NCBI GenBank assembly: GCA_016190145.1
Contig: JACPRD010000169.1
Location: forward strand, 1,445-65,444
Direction of reading: 5' to 3'
Length of the DNA: 64,000 nucleotides
From: Planctomycetota bacterium
GTDB lineage: Bacteria; Planctomycetota; MHYJ01; WSZJ01
The notes under the pieces are model-generated. The model saw only the letters and a program-made list of their open reading frames with translations. It searched no databases and was not told the origin of the DNA. Shown here one piece after another: positions 37,296 through 46,974 of this stretch; the first letter of the stretch is position 1; every line of letters starts with the position of its first letter. Made by a program: the position numbers and the translations under genes.

Positions 37296-38527
37296 GGGCT
37301 CTCCCATTGCTTCAGCAGCTCGCCCTTCAGTTCCTCGAAACGCGTGGCCTGCGCGTCGACGAGCGCGAGCGCCTTGGCCGTGGACATTTCCTTCGTTTCG
37401 TTCACGAAGCCGGCGACCCGCGCGAAGTAGATGGGGATCAGCAGTTCCACGAGCTGGAAGCGGTCGCCGGCCCAGCTCTGGAAGGCAATGGCGAAATCGA
37501 ACACGATCCGCACCCACAGGTCGGTGGGGAACGCGAGAGTGCCCGCCCCCTGAGCGGCGATTTCGCGGAGCTGGGTGTAGTGCTCGGGGCCGAGGACCTG
37601 TTCCCAGACGGCTCCGAAGTGTTTCAGGCCTTCGTGAAACCGCGTACAGAGGCCTTCGACGGAAACACCGACCGCCTCGGGCTCGACCTCCTGGACCTGG
37701 CCGATGAGGGGGACGTCTTCGCTGCCCGCGGTCTTTTTCCAGACGTCCTCGTACTTCTTCATCATTTGGAAAATGGTGCCGACGACCTGCCGGAACATCG
37801 GGCCCAGGGATGCGGCGGGATCCTTGGCGTCGTGGATCTTGCTGCCGAGGAACGTCTCGCAGACCCTGAATCCCTGGCAGATCGCGACGGTGGTCATCCA
37901 GATGTCGATTCCGAACTTGGCAACGTCGGTCTCCCAGACGTCCTGGGCCGTGAACGCCTTCATGAGCGCCGGCGACAGGCCGAAGTCGCCCCCGATGGGC
38001 TGGCGGAGGCGCTTCCCGTAAAGGCACTGCGTCATCGCCCGGGCGATGTTGTTGGTGATGGTGCCGTCGTACTTGTGGCGCACGTAGAACGGGCTGACGA
38101 AATCGAAACCCTGCTCGAGCACGGGGGTGGCGAGGCTGCGGATCCAGTCCGGCGTGATGCTCCGGAGGTCGGAGTCGACAACCACGCAGCACTTGGCCTC
38201 CAGCAGCAGGGCGCCCTCGAAGATCGCGCGGAGACTCGTGCCTTTTCCCGGGATGCCGCGGTAAATCGTGACGATCTTGTCGACCCCGCGCGCGAATTTG
38301 GTCTTCTGGGCGACCTCGCGCGTGTAGTCGGTGGAGCCGCCATCCGACACGATGAGGATCAGGGCCTTGCCGCGGAAGTGCTGGCTCATGCCCTCGGCCG
38401 CCGTCTTGATCACGTGGCCGACCGTGCGCTCGCAGTTGAATGCGGGGATGCCCACGACGAGGTCGGCCCAGCCGATCTCGGTCAGGCGGTTGCGGGCCCA
38501 CTCGCGGAGCGCGGTATCGAGGCTCAC
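37292..38527 (-). CDS. GT-A fold glycosyltransferase (glucosyl-3-phosphoglycerate synthase GpgS/GT81-like)
   Basis: VVGIPAFNCERTVGHVI...LIVSDGGSTD...GKGTSL...VVVDSDL (DxD). GTG start with SD GGAGGAGG, overlapping upstream stop (GTGA). Confidence 0.7.
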   Translation of the reverse strand: MSLDTALREWARNRLTEIGWADLVVGIPAFNCERTVGHVIKTAAEGMSQHFRGKALILIVSDGGSTDYTREVAQKTKFARGVDKIVTIYRGIPGKGTSLRAIFEGALLLEAKCCVVVDSDLRSITPDWIRSLATPVLEQGFDFVSPFYVRHKYDGTITNNIARAMTQCLYGKRLRQPIGGDFGLSPALMKAFTAQDVWETDVAKFGIDIWMTTVAICQGFRVCETFLGSKIHDAKDPAASLGPMFRQVVGTIFQMMKKYEDVWKKTAGSEDVPLIGQVQEVEPEAVGVSVEGLCTRFHEGLKHFGAVWEQVLGPEHYTQLREIAAQGAGTLAFPTDLWVRIVFDFAIAFQSWAGDRFQLVELLIPIYFARVAGFVNETKEMSTAKALALVDAQATRFEELKGELLKQWESP

Positions 38528-39732
38528 TTGTTGTCCTCCTCCACGGCGGCGCGCAGTTTATCGAGGATGTCCGGGATGGCGCTCGTGACGCGGTTCCAGT
38601 TCGGAATGAGCGGCGTGCCCAGCGGATCCTCGATCACGGCACGCGCAGCCGCCTCGATCGAACGCGCAAACGTTTCCACGGCGAGACCTTCCGTGTGACG
38701 ATCGAACAGCAACCCGTTGATCAGCGCGTCGTCGTTGTATTTGCGAATTGCATCCTGCGCCTCGCGCAGGTACATCGCCTTCACGCTCTTGAAGAAGCCG
38801 TCCGAGATCGTGACTCCCTCGCTGGCCAGCGTGCGGAACAGGTGCTTCGCGATGTCGATCGCCATGCGGTTGAGCCCGGCCTCGGCGTTCTCGGGAGACA
38901 GCGCCTGGTGCTTGTGATCGTACGCGTCCGCGAGGTCTACCTCGCAGATTCGGCGGCTGGCGCAGCTCGTGAACACTTCCGAGAGTATGCCGACTTCAAG
39001 CCCCCAGTCGCTCGGAACCCTCACGATGCGCGCGAGGTCGGTCGTCATCGCGAATTCGCCGGCAAGCGGATACCGGAAGCTGTCGAGGAAGACGAGGAAC
39101 TGCGGGTAGGACGTCATTTTCTGAAGCGTCCTGACGAGCGGTGTGACGAGGAGGCGCGTCACCCGGCCGTTGAAACGGTCCGTGACCCTGGCGTAGTAGC
39201 CCTTGGCGAACTCGTAGGACATGCTGGTGTTGGAGACGGCGTAGCAGAGGCGCGCGAGTAGTTCCCTGGAATAAGTGAGAATGTCGCAGTCGTGAAGGGC
39301 GATCGCGTAGCTCCGTTCGTCCGACAGGATGTACCCCATTCCGAGCCAGACCGAACGGCCCTTCCCTCGTTCGCCGGTGTGGATCTGGTTCTGCTGCAGA
39401 AGAGCGTAAAGCGCCGCGATCCGGGGTCCGTCATTCCAGATCACGCGGACGGGAACCGGGAAGTCCGCGAAGAAAGCCCGGGCCCGCCGAAACTGATCTT
39501 CGTCCGCCTTGTCGAGCACGAGTACGATCTGCCGGAGGTATTTGACCTGTTTGAGGTGCTCCACGATTTTCGGCATCGCGGGTCCTTCGAACTCGGACCA
39601 CAGGCTCGGGAGGAGGAGCGTCACGGGCTGCTGCCGCGAAAACCGCTTGATCTCCGCCTCCATCTTCTCCAGCTTCGTTCCAGGAAACCGATGGAGCGTG
39701 CTGATGACGCCGGTCTGGTAGAAGTCGCTCAT
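38524..39732 (-). CDS. Retaining glycosyltransferase, mannosyl/glucosyl-3-phosphoglycerate synthase (MpgS/GT55)-like
   Basis: ORF 38524..39798 trimmed to Met23 (MSDFYQTGVISTLHRF). SD GGAGGTGA. Motifs GERGKGRSVWLGMGY, HDCD and WGLEVGILSE parallel MpgS GKGEGM/DADN/EPYEIV. Confidence 0.6.
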   Translation of the reverse strand: MSDFYQTGVISTLHRFPGTKLEKMEAEIKRFSRQQPVTLLLPSLWSEFEGPAMPKIVEHLKQVKYLRQIVLVLDKADEDQFRRARAFFADFPVPVRVIWNDGPRIAALYALLQQNQIHTGERGKGRSVWLGMGYILSDERSYAIALHDCDILTYSRELLARLCYAVSNTSMSYEFAKGYYARVTDRFNGRVTRLLVTPLVRTLQKMTSYPQFLVFLDSFRYPLAGEFAMTTDLARIVRVPSDWGLEVGILSEVFTSCASRRICEVDLADAYDHKHQALSPENAEAGLNRMAIDIAKHLFRTLASEGVTISDGFFKSVKAMYLREAQDAIRKYNDDALINGLLFDRHTEGLAVETFARSIEAAARAVIEDPLGTPLIPNWNRVTSAIPDILDKLRAAVEEDNK

Positions 39733-39769
39733 GTCACCTCCGGGGGGTGGGACCGGACTAACGTGGGAT

Positions 39770-42700
39770 TCAACGGGTGTCGTCTGACGGACCTTCACGA
39801 TGCGCTTGAACGTCGGTGCGCGGCAGGCGCCCGACCGCAGGGGACGGCTCCGATCCGACCTGGTAGATCACCCGCTGCGGGAACGGAATTTCGATTCCGC
39901 GCTCGTCAAATGCCTTCTTGATCCGGCGCCTGGCCTCCCTGGCGACGCTCCACTGCTCGGCCGGCTGGGTCTTGAGGAGCATGCGCAGGGTTACGGCGTT
40001 CTCCCCGAATTCCTCGATGCCGAGAACTTCGGGCGCGGCGGAGAGCCGGATGCTCCAGGAGGCGTCCGCCTCGAGCTCGTCACCCACCTTGCGAAGCACT
40101 TCCAGGACCCTGTCAACGTCTTCCCTGTAGGCGACGCCGATGTCGAGCACGGCGCGCGCCCACCCCTTGGTCATGTTGCTGACCTGGTTGACGGTGCCGT
40201 TCGGGATGAAGTGAGCGACTCCTTCGAGGTCCCGGAGGACGGTGAGGCGCATCGTAATCCGCTCGACGACCCCGCCGGTCGTGCCGATCTTGATGATATC
40301 GCCGATCTTGTACTGATTCTCGAGGAGGATGAAGAAACCCGCGAAGAAATCGCGGATGAGCGGCTGGGCGCCGAACGCGACTGCGAGGCCGACGATGCCT
40401 GCGGATGCGACGATCGGGGTCACGTCGAGGCGGAGCTCCCGGAGCATGCACACGATAGCGGCGATGACTACCACCGTGTTCCACGCGGAGCGGAACACGT
40501 GCACGAGCGTCTCGGCCCGCTGCCTTTGCTCGGTCTGCATTTCGGGCGACGCCGACGCCTCGCGCCCGGCTCTGTCCTGCAGCCGGTTCCCGACCCAGCG
40601 CGCGGCGGCGATGAGAAAAAGCGCAATCAGGGGGATTGCGCAGAATCGCAGCAGGGCCAGGGAAGCGGATGCTACGAGAGCGGACCGGCGCTCTTCGCGG
40701 GTCGCATGAATGAGCCCGCCGGTCTCGCTGCCGCCGCCAGAGAGCTTCGAAATCTCACGTTCGACCGCGTCCATCCGGGCCGCGACACGACCGAGTGCGT
40801 CGCGGCAGAAGTCGGCATCGGCATGAATCCCGAGTCCGGATTGCCGTCGGAGCAAATCCGCGAGCCAGGCCGCCGTGCCCGCGGTCCGCATCCGCGCCTC
40901 GAACAGCGCGTCGGCCGTAGCCGCGATGCGCTCCGGAGGCACCGGCTCCGGAACGGGAATGGCGCGGCCGGCCGCGCGAAGGGCACCGGCGGCCGCCGGG
41001 TCCCCGGGAGGAATAAGACCTGTCCGCACGAACAACTCCGCCTCCTCAGCCTGGTGAAGAATGAGTTCGGCGCGGGCCGCGGTGATTTCGGTCTCCACCA
41101 GGGGCAGCTCCTCCACCGTCAGTCTCAGGATGGCGCGGTACCTCTCATCCTGCCGGAGAAGGGAGATGCGCCGATTTTCGAGGAAGAGAGCTTCCACATA
41201 GTAGGACAGCAGCAGATCCCAGAGTTCCGTCGACCGTTCGGACTCGAAACATCCGGCCGCCGCCTCCAGTGCGCTGTCGTCGCGGGTCCGACGGACCCGG
41301 CTCAACTGTTCGAGGCGTTTCCGTTCTTCCTCAGGAAGAGAGGTCTGCTGTACGGAGGCGGCTGCTTCGAAGCGTGCGAGTTCCTGCAGGCTTTCCAGGA
41401 CGGATCCCGACAGCCTGCGGTCGGCGGACAGAAGGTCTCGAAGCGACTCCAGTTCACTGTTTCTCCGAACTGCCGCCGCCAATCGCTCGTCCGCGCTCGA
41501 ACGCCTGGCGCGGGCCTGCTCGATCCGGCCTTCGAGCAGTGAAAACGACTCGACCGCGAGGAGAGGATCGTCGCCGGCGGGCGCGCTCTCCGGGGGCACC
41601 TCGCCCCTGGCCGCCCTCTCGCGGAGCTCCACGGCCGCCCCCCAGGCGCGGTGCCGGTTTTCGGAGGCGGAGAGGAGCGCCAATTCGACGTCGGCGCGGG
41701 CCGTCGCGACGCGGCGCATCGCATCGATCCACGCGGCGCGCAGGCGGAGTCGCTCGTCGAGGGATTGCACCCGCGTGGCGAGAAAGGCCTCGCGCTCTTC
41801 GACACGAGTCGTGAACTCTTCCCTGCGGGGAGGCGGATTCAGCGGACGGGACTCGATTCCGGAGGTCAGAGCCGTTCGCTCGTACTCCGTGGAGGGGGAT
41901 TCCTGTCCGTGCCGCCGGGTCAGCTCGGCCAGGAGGCGGCTCCGTTCGGCCGAATACTGCTGGCGCGCCCGTCCGGCGAGCGGCTCCTGGACCGCCTGGG
42001 TCTGCGCGCGGAGGTCCTCCGCGACGCGCTCGGCCTCGAGGGCCGCCGATTCTTCCTCCAGCGCCCGCGCCTCAGATGTCTCCAGGCCGGTCCGGGATTC
42101 CACCAGCCTGGCCGCCAGGGTATCGACGCCCAGTTCCCGGAGCTCCCGCGTCCAGCGCTCGCGCTCCTGTGCGCTGACCCACGCCCGCTCAAGCGCCGCC
42201 CGCTTCGGGTCCTCCGCGATGCGCTCCTGCTTGAGATCCCGGGACGCTTGCTCGACCTGGACACGGCGCGCCTGGTACTCCGTGGCGGCGTCGCGGGCCC
42301 CGCGGGACTTGCCGCGGGCACCGGCGCGATCCTCCCGCACGGTCGCGACGTCAGGTGTCGAAGCGGGATCGGTAGCGGGAAGCCTGCCTTCCTCGATGTG
42401 CCCGGCGACGGTCTCGAGCACGATCTCGAGGCGGAGCAGCTGATCGCCCAGCTCGCGCGCCTCGCGATCGAGATCCGCGGCGCACTTCTCGGCCGCCACG
42501 AGCGCCTGCCGGAGCTCTTCAAGGGCCCCCGCACGGGCTTCGCGCCAGGCGGACATGGCTTCGGCGAATCGAAACTCTCTCTCCGCCTGCCGGACTTCGG
42601 GACGGGTCGACTCCGGCACGATGGAGTCCGCAACCGGCGGCGTCAGGCTCGACAGACGACTCTCGCGCTCGGCGACGCCGAGAACTGCGGCGTCGAACAC

Positions 42701-42952
42701 CTCCGCCGCCTTGGTCGCCGCGGCAGCAAGCTCGGTGCGGCGCGACTGGAGAGTGGGGAGTGTGCCGACGAGCGCGGTCGGGTCCTTCTCGGCGAGTTCG
42801 CGGCGGAGGCTCTCCCGGTTGGATTCCTCTACCTCCGCCTCGTCCCCGTCGGGCGGCTCGGACCGGCCCGGACGGGGGGCCACGAGCAGCACCCACGCAG
42901 CGAAGAGGAAGATCAGGAACCGGCGTGACGAGGGTGGCATCAGATCTGCCAT
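39770..42952 (-). CDS. Large mechanosensitive channel, MscK/KefA-like (long periplasmic coiled coil plus C-terminal MscS domain)
   Basis: Signal peptide MADLMPPSSRRFLIFLFAAWVLLVAP. About 650 aa Ala/Glu/Arg-rich coiled coil. C-terminal TM bundle and MscS beta domain ...QYKIGDIIKIGTTGGVVERITMRLTVLRDLEGVAHFIPNGTV... Confidence 0.8.
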   Translation of the reverse strand: MADLMPPSSRRFLIFLFAAWVLLVAPRPGRSEPPDGDEAEVEESNRESLRRELAEKDPTALVGTLPTLQSRRTELAAAATKAAEVFDAAVLGVAERESRLSSLTPPVADSIVPESTRPEVRQAEREFRFAEAMSAWREARAGALEELRQALVAAEKCAADLDREARELGDQLLRLEIVLETVAGHIEEGRLPATDPASTPDVATVREDRAGARGKSRGARDAATEYQARRVQVEQASRDLKQERIAEDPKRAALERAWVSAQERERWTRELRELGVDTLAARLVESRTGLETSEARALEEESAALEAERVAEDLRAQTQAVQEPLAGRARQQYSAERSRLLAELTRRHGQESPSTEYERTALTSGIESRPLNPPPRREEFTTRVEEREAFLATRVQSLDERLRLRAAWIDAMRRVATARADVELALLSASENRHRAWGAAVELRERAARGEVPPESAPAGDDPLLAVESFSLLEGRIEQARARRSSADERLAAAVRRNSELESLRDLLSADRRLSGSVLESLQELARFEAAASVQQTSLPEEERKRLEQLSRVRRTRDDSALEAAAGCFESERSTELWDLLLSYYVEALFLENRRISLLRQDERYRAILRLTVEELPLVETEITAARAELILHQAEEAELFVRTGLIPPGDPAAAGALRAAGRAIPVPEPVPPERIAATADALFEARMRTAGTAAWLADLLRRQSGLGIHADADFCRDALGRVAARMDAVEREISKLSGGGSETGGLIHATREERRSALVASASLALLRFCAIPLIALFLIAAARWVGNRLQDRAGREASASPEMQTEQRQRAETLVHVFRSAWNTVVVIAAIVCMLRELRLDVTPIVASAGIVGLAVAFGAQPLIRDFFAGFFILLENQYKIGDIIKIGTTGGVVERITMRLTVLRDLEGVAHFIPNGTVNQVSNMTKGWARAVLDIGVAYREDVDRVLEVLRKVGDELEADASWSIRLSAAPEVLGIEEFGENAVTLRMLLKTQPAEQWSVAREARRRIKKAFDERGIEIPFPQRVIYQVGSEPSPAVGRLPRTDVQAHREGPSDDTR

Positions 42953-43106
42953 GTTCCGCAAGCCGTATCTCAAGTCAACCCCGGAAATCCCGGATTCGGA
43001 AGAAATTCTTTCTTCCAGGAAACAGGCCCTTCTCGCTTGTTCCGACCGTGATCGGACGATAGGTTGGGCCCGGAAATCCGAAGGGGAACATTTCGGGAGA
43101 GGTGTC

Positions 43107-44333
43107 ATGAAGAAAACTGCGTTCAGATTCGCAATTGCGGTCATCGCGACCGGCCTGGCCGCCTGCGGCCGCGACGACGGCCGCACCGTCATCCGCTTCG
43201 TCGTTCAGCCCGATGCCGGCGGCGGATTCCGGGAGATCGTCGAACGCTTCCACAGAGCCCGTCCCGACATCCGCGTCGAGATGGTGGAGGGGCCGGCGTC
43301 GACGGATTCTCGCGAGGAGATGTACATCGGCGCGTTCATGGCGGGCGATTCGCCGTACGACGTGGTGCTGATGGACGTGGTGTGGGTGCCGAAGTTCGCG
43401 GCGCAGGGGTGGCTGGCGCCGCTGGACGGGCGGTTTCCGGAGGCGGCGCGCGGGGCGTTTCTTCCGGGGGACGTGCAGGCGGGGATCTGGGGGGGGAAGT
43501 GCTACCGGGTGCCGCTGAGGTCGGACGCGGGGATGCTGTACTGGCGTACGGATCTGATGGCGAGGCCGCCGGAGACGTTTGCGGAACTGGCGGAGAAAGC
43601 GCGGGAGTTGAAGACGGCGGACCGGGGCGGGTTCGTGTTCCAGGGAAAGCAGTACGAGGGGCTGGTCTGCGCGTTCCTCGAGGTGCTGTGGGGGCACGGG
43701 GGGGACGTGCTGGACGCGCAGGGAAACGTGGTGCTGGACCGGCCCGAGGGCGTGGAGGCGCTTCGCTGGCTCGCGGCGCTCGTCGGCGACGCGGCGCCCG
43801 AGGGGGTGACGACGTACCAGGAGGAGGAGGCGCGGGCGGCGTTCCAGGAGGGACGCGCCGCGTTTATGCGCAACTGGCCGTACGCTTGGACGAAGATGCA
43901 GGAAGCGGGGTCGCCGGTGGCCGGGAAGGTCGGCATCGTGCCGATGGTGCACGCGCCGGGGAAGGCGTCCGCGGCGACGTTAGGTGGGTGGGGCTTCGGG
44001 ATCTCGAAGACGGCGAAGCATCCCGACGCGGCGTGGGCGTTCATCGAGTTCGCGACGGCGGCGGAGCAGCAGAAGATGCTGAACGCGAAGAACGGCGCCA
44101 TTCCGACGCGGCGCGCGCTGTTCGAGGACGCGGACATCCTGAAGGCGAATCCGCACTATCCGGATCTGCTGAAGGTGCTCCTGGCCGCGCGCCCGCGGCC
44201 GGTGCACGCGCAGTACTCGCGCATTTCGCAGGCGCTTCAGCGCCATCTGAGCGCGGCGCTCGTGAAGAAGGAGACGCCGGAGGAGGCGATCCGGCTCGCG
44301 GCGGAGGAGATCCGGGGGGTCGTTGCGAAGTAG
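43107..44333 (+). CDS. ABC transporter substrate-binding lipoprotein (carbohydrate, SBP family 1)
   Basis: MKKTAFRFAIAVIATGLAACG lipobox. SD GGGAGAGG. Typical sugar-SBP signature segments. Confidence 0.85.
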   Translation: MKKTAFRFAIAVIATGLAACGRDDGRTVIRFVVQPDAGGGFREIVERFHRARPDIRVEMVEGPASTDSREEMYIGAFMAGDSPYDVVLMDVVWVPKFAAQGWLAPLDGRFPEAARGAFLPGDVQAGIWGGKCYRVPLRSDAGMLYWRTDLMARPPETFAELAEKARELKTADRGGFVFQGKQYEGLVCAFLEVLWGHGGDVLDAQGNVVLDRPEGVEALRWLAALVGDAAPEGVTTYQEEEARAAFQEGRAAFMRNWPYAWTKMQEAGSPVAGKVGIVPMVHAPGKASAATLGGWGFGISKTAKHPDAAWAFIEFATAAEQQKMLNAKNGAIPTRRALFEDADILKANPHYPDLLKVLLAARPRPVHAQYSRISQALQRHLSAALVKKETPEEAIRLAAEEIRGVVAK

Positions 44334-45144
44334 CGCGCGCTATGCGTGGCTTCTGCCCGCCGCGGCGCTGCTCGGGCTCGTTCTCGCGGTGCCGCTGGCC
44401 GTGGGGCTGGCGGGCGGCGCCGGGGGCACGGGCGGCGTGCTGCGCGACCGCGCGGTAGGGCGTGCCGCGTGGAACACGCTCGTGTTCGCGGGCGTCTCGG
44501 TCCCGCTCGAGATGGGCCTCGGCCTCGCGTTCGCCCTTCTCCTCAACTGCGATTTCCGCGGCCGGGGCCTTGCGCGCGCCGTCGCGCTCGTGCCGTGGGC
44601 GCTGCCGACCGCCGTGATGGCGATGTCGTGGCGGTGGATCTTCAGCGACTCCTGGGGAATCGCCAACGACGTCCCGCGCACGCTCGGGCTCATGAGCGAG
44701 CCCGTCGCCTGGCTCGGACGGCCCGCCACCGCGATGGCCGCCCTCATCGCAGCCGACGTCTGGAAGACCACGCCCTTCGTCACGCTCATCCTCCTCGCCG
44801 GCCTCCAGGGAGTGCCGCGCGACCTCCACGAGGCCATGAGCCTCGACGGCGCCGGCCCCGCGCGCCGCTTCCTCTGGGTCACACTTCCCCTCCTCCGCCC
44901 CGCCATCGCCCTCGCGCTCGTCTTCCGGCTCATCCAGGCGCTCGGCATCTTCGATCTCCCCTGGGTGCTCACGGGCGGCGGGCCGGCGGACGCGACGCGG
45001 ACGGTGTCGCTTGAGGCCTACGACAGCGTGTTCCGGCACCTCGAGCCCGCGCGCGGAGCCGCCATCACGCTCGTCGCCGCTGCCGGAATCTTCGCCCTTG
45101 CGCTCACGCTCGGCGCGCTCGCGCGCGGGAGGAGGACGGAATGA
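44323..45144 (+). CDS. ABC transporter permease (MalF/UgpA-like)
   Basis: EAMSLDGAGPARRFLWVTLPLLRP EAA loop. TTG start per ORF track, overlapping SBP end. Confidence 0.75.
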   Translation: MRSSARYAWLLPAAALLGLVLAVPLAVGLAGGAGGTGGVLRDRAVGRAAWNTLVFAGVSVPLEMGLGLAFALLLNCDFRGRGLARAVALVPWALPTAVMAMSWRWIFSDSWGIANDVPRTLGLMSEPVAWLGRPATAMAALIAADVWKTTPFVTLILLAGLQGVPRDLHEAMSLDGAGPARRFLWVTLPLLRPAIALALVFRLIQALGIFDLPWVLTGGGPADATRTVSLEAYDSVFRHLEPARGAAITLVAAAGIFALALTLGALARGRRTE

Positions 45145-45959
45145 AACGCCTCGTGCCGTTCGCCGTCCTCGCGCTCGCCGCGTTCAGCCTCGGCCCGTTT
45201 CTCTGGTCCGTCGTGACGTCGCTCAAGCCCGCCGCCGAACTGTTCCGCGTGCCTCCTACCTGGATCCCGCGCTCGATGTCGCTCGACAACTACCGCGACG
45301 TGTTCGCGCAACGCCCGTTCGCGCGCTACATGCTGAACAGCCTGTTCGTCGCCGCCGTGTCCACCCTCGTCACGCTCGCCGCCGCCGCCCCCGCCGCCTA
45401 CGCCCTCGCCCGACTCCGCCTCCGCGGCGCCGCCCTCGCCGAAAAGGCCATCCTCGCCTTCGCCCTCTTCCCCCCCGCCGTCCTCCTCGTCCCCCTCTTC
45501 GTCGCCGCCCGCGAAGCCGGCGCCCTCAACAGCCGCCTCGGCGTCGCCGTCGTCCACGCCGCGCTCAACCTCCCGTTCGCCGTCTGGAGCCTCGCCTCCT
45601 TCTTCCGCGCCTTCCCCGCCGAGCTCGAGGACGCCGCCCGCGTCGACGGCTTCTCGCGCGCCGGCGTCCTCCTCCGCGTCGTCCTCCCCGTCTCCGCCCC
45701 CGCCCTCGCCGCAACCGCCATCCTCGTCTTCATCTTCTCGTGGAACGAATTCGTCATCGCCCTCACCTTCCTCACCCGCGACGAACTCCGCACCGTCCCC
45801 GTCGGCGTCGCCATGCTCTCCGGCGTCACCGTCTACGAAATCCCCTGGGGCCAGATCTCCGCCGCCGTCGTCCTCACCACCCTCCCCGTCGTCGCCGCGG
45901 TGCTCGCCTTCCAGCGCGGCATCGTGCGCGGACTCAGCGCAGGCGCGGTCAAAGGCTGA
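45141..45959 (+). CDS. ABC transporter permease (MalG/UgpE-like)
   Basis: EDAARVDGFSRAGVLLRVVLP EAA loop. ATGA overlap with previous gene. Confidence 0.85.
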   Translation: MKRLVPFAVLALAAFSLGPFLWSVVTSLKPAAELFRVPPTWIPRSMSLDNYRDVFAQRPFARYMLNSLFVAAVSTLVTLAAAAPAAYALARLRLRGAALAEKAILAFALFPPAVLLVPLFVAAREAGALNSRLGVAVVHAALNLPFAVWSLASFFRAFPAELEDAARVDGFSRAGVLLRVVLPVSAPALAATAILVFIFSWNEFVIALTFLTRDELRTVPVGVAMLSGVTVYEIPWGQISAAVVLTTLPVVAAVLAFQRGIVRGLSAGAVKG

Positions 45960-46942
45960 TGGCAACCCTGAAACTGATCGGCGTGTCGAAATCCTGGGGG
46001 CGCGGCGCGCCGGTCGTGCGCGACGTCACGCTGGAAGTGGCCGACGGCGAGGTCGTCACCGTGCTCGGCCCCTCCGGCTGCGGCAAGTCCACGCTCCTCC
46101 GCCTCGTCGCCGGCCTCGAACAGCCCGACGCCGGCACGATCGAAATCGGCGGCCGCCCCATGAACGGCGTCGAGCCCAAAGACCGCGACGTCGCCATGGT
46201 CTTCCAGAGCTACGCCCTCTACCCCCATATGACCGTCCTCGAAAACATCTCCGTCCCCCTCCGCCTCCGCGGCGCCTCGAAAGCCGACGCCGCCCGTAAA
46301 GCCGCCGCAACCGCCGAACGCCTCGGCCTCACCCCCCTCCTCTCCCGCCGCCCCCGCGACCTCTCCGGCGGCGAACGCCAGCGCACCGCCCTCGCCCGCG
46401 CCCTCGTCCGCAACCCCCAGGTCTTCCTCCTCGACGAACCCCTCTCCAACCTCGACGCCCTTCTCCGCGAGTCCGCCCGCTCCGAGCTGAAATCCCTCTT
46501 CCGCTCCCTCAAAGCCACCGTCCTCTACGTCACCCACGACCAGACCGAAGCCATGTCCCTCTCCGACCGCGTCGCCGTCATGCGCGCCGGCGCCTTCGAA
46601 CAGACCGCCCCGCCCGCCGACGTCTACCGCTCCCCCGCCACCGCCTTCGTCGCCGGGTTCATCGGCAGCCCGCGCATGAACCTCCTTGCGGGAAGCGCCC
46701 TCGGCGACGGCGCCGCGACCGTCGGTATCCGCCCGGAAGACGTTCTCGTCGGCGAGGGAGAGCGCGAAGCCGACGTCGTGCTGGTCGAACCCCTCGGCGC
46801 GCAGCAGCTTGTCACCCTGCGCTCGGGCCCGCTGGAACTCCGCGCCCTCCTCCCCGCCGCCGCCCCCGTCCCCGCGCGGACCCGCTTCCACATCGACCCG
46901 GCACGCGTGCATCGGTTCGATGCGGCGGGAATCCGGATGTGA
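45959..46942 (+). CDS. ABC transporter ATP-binding protein (MalK/UgpC-like)
   Basis: Walker A GPSGCGKST, signature LSGGERQR, Walker B LLDEP, C-terminal regulatory/TOBE-like domain. TGATG overlap with permease. Confidence 0.9.
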   Translation: MATLKLIGVSKSWGRGAPVVRDVTLEVADGEVVTVLGPSGCGKSTLLRLVAGLEQPDAGTIEIGGRPMNGVEPKDRDVAMVFQSYALYPHMTVLENISVPLRLRGASKADAARKAAATAERLGLTPLLSRRPRDLSGGERQRTALARALVRNPQVFLLDEPLSNLDALLRESARSELKSLFRSLKATVLYVTHDQTEAMSLSDRVAVMRAGAFEQTAPPADVYRSPATAFVAGFIGSPRMNLLAGSALGDGAATVGIRPEDVLVGEGEREADVVLVEPLGAQQLVTLRSGPLELRALLPAAAPVPARTRFHIDPARVHRFDAAGIRM

Positions 46943-46974
46943 GTAGAATGCGGGGATTCCGTTGGGAGGTCGCC

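Noticed and set aside
39800-41542. 580-aa plus-strand ORF
   Set aside because: Antisense to the MscK-like gene. No start context or domains.
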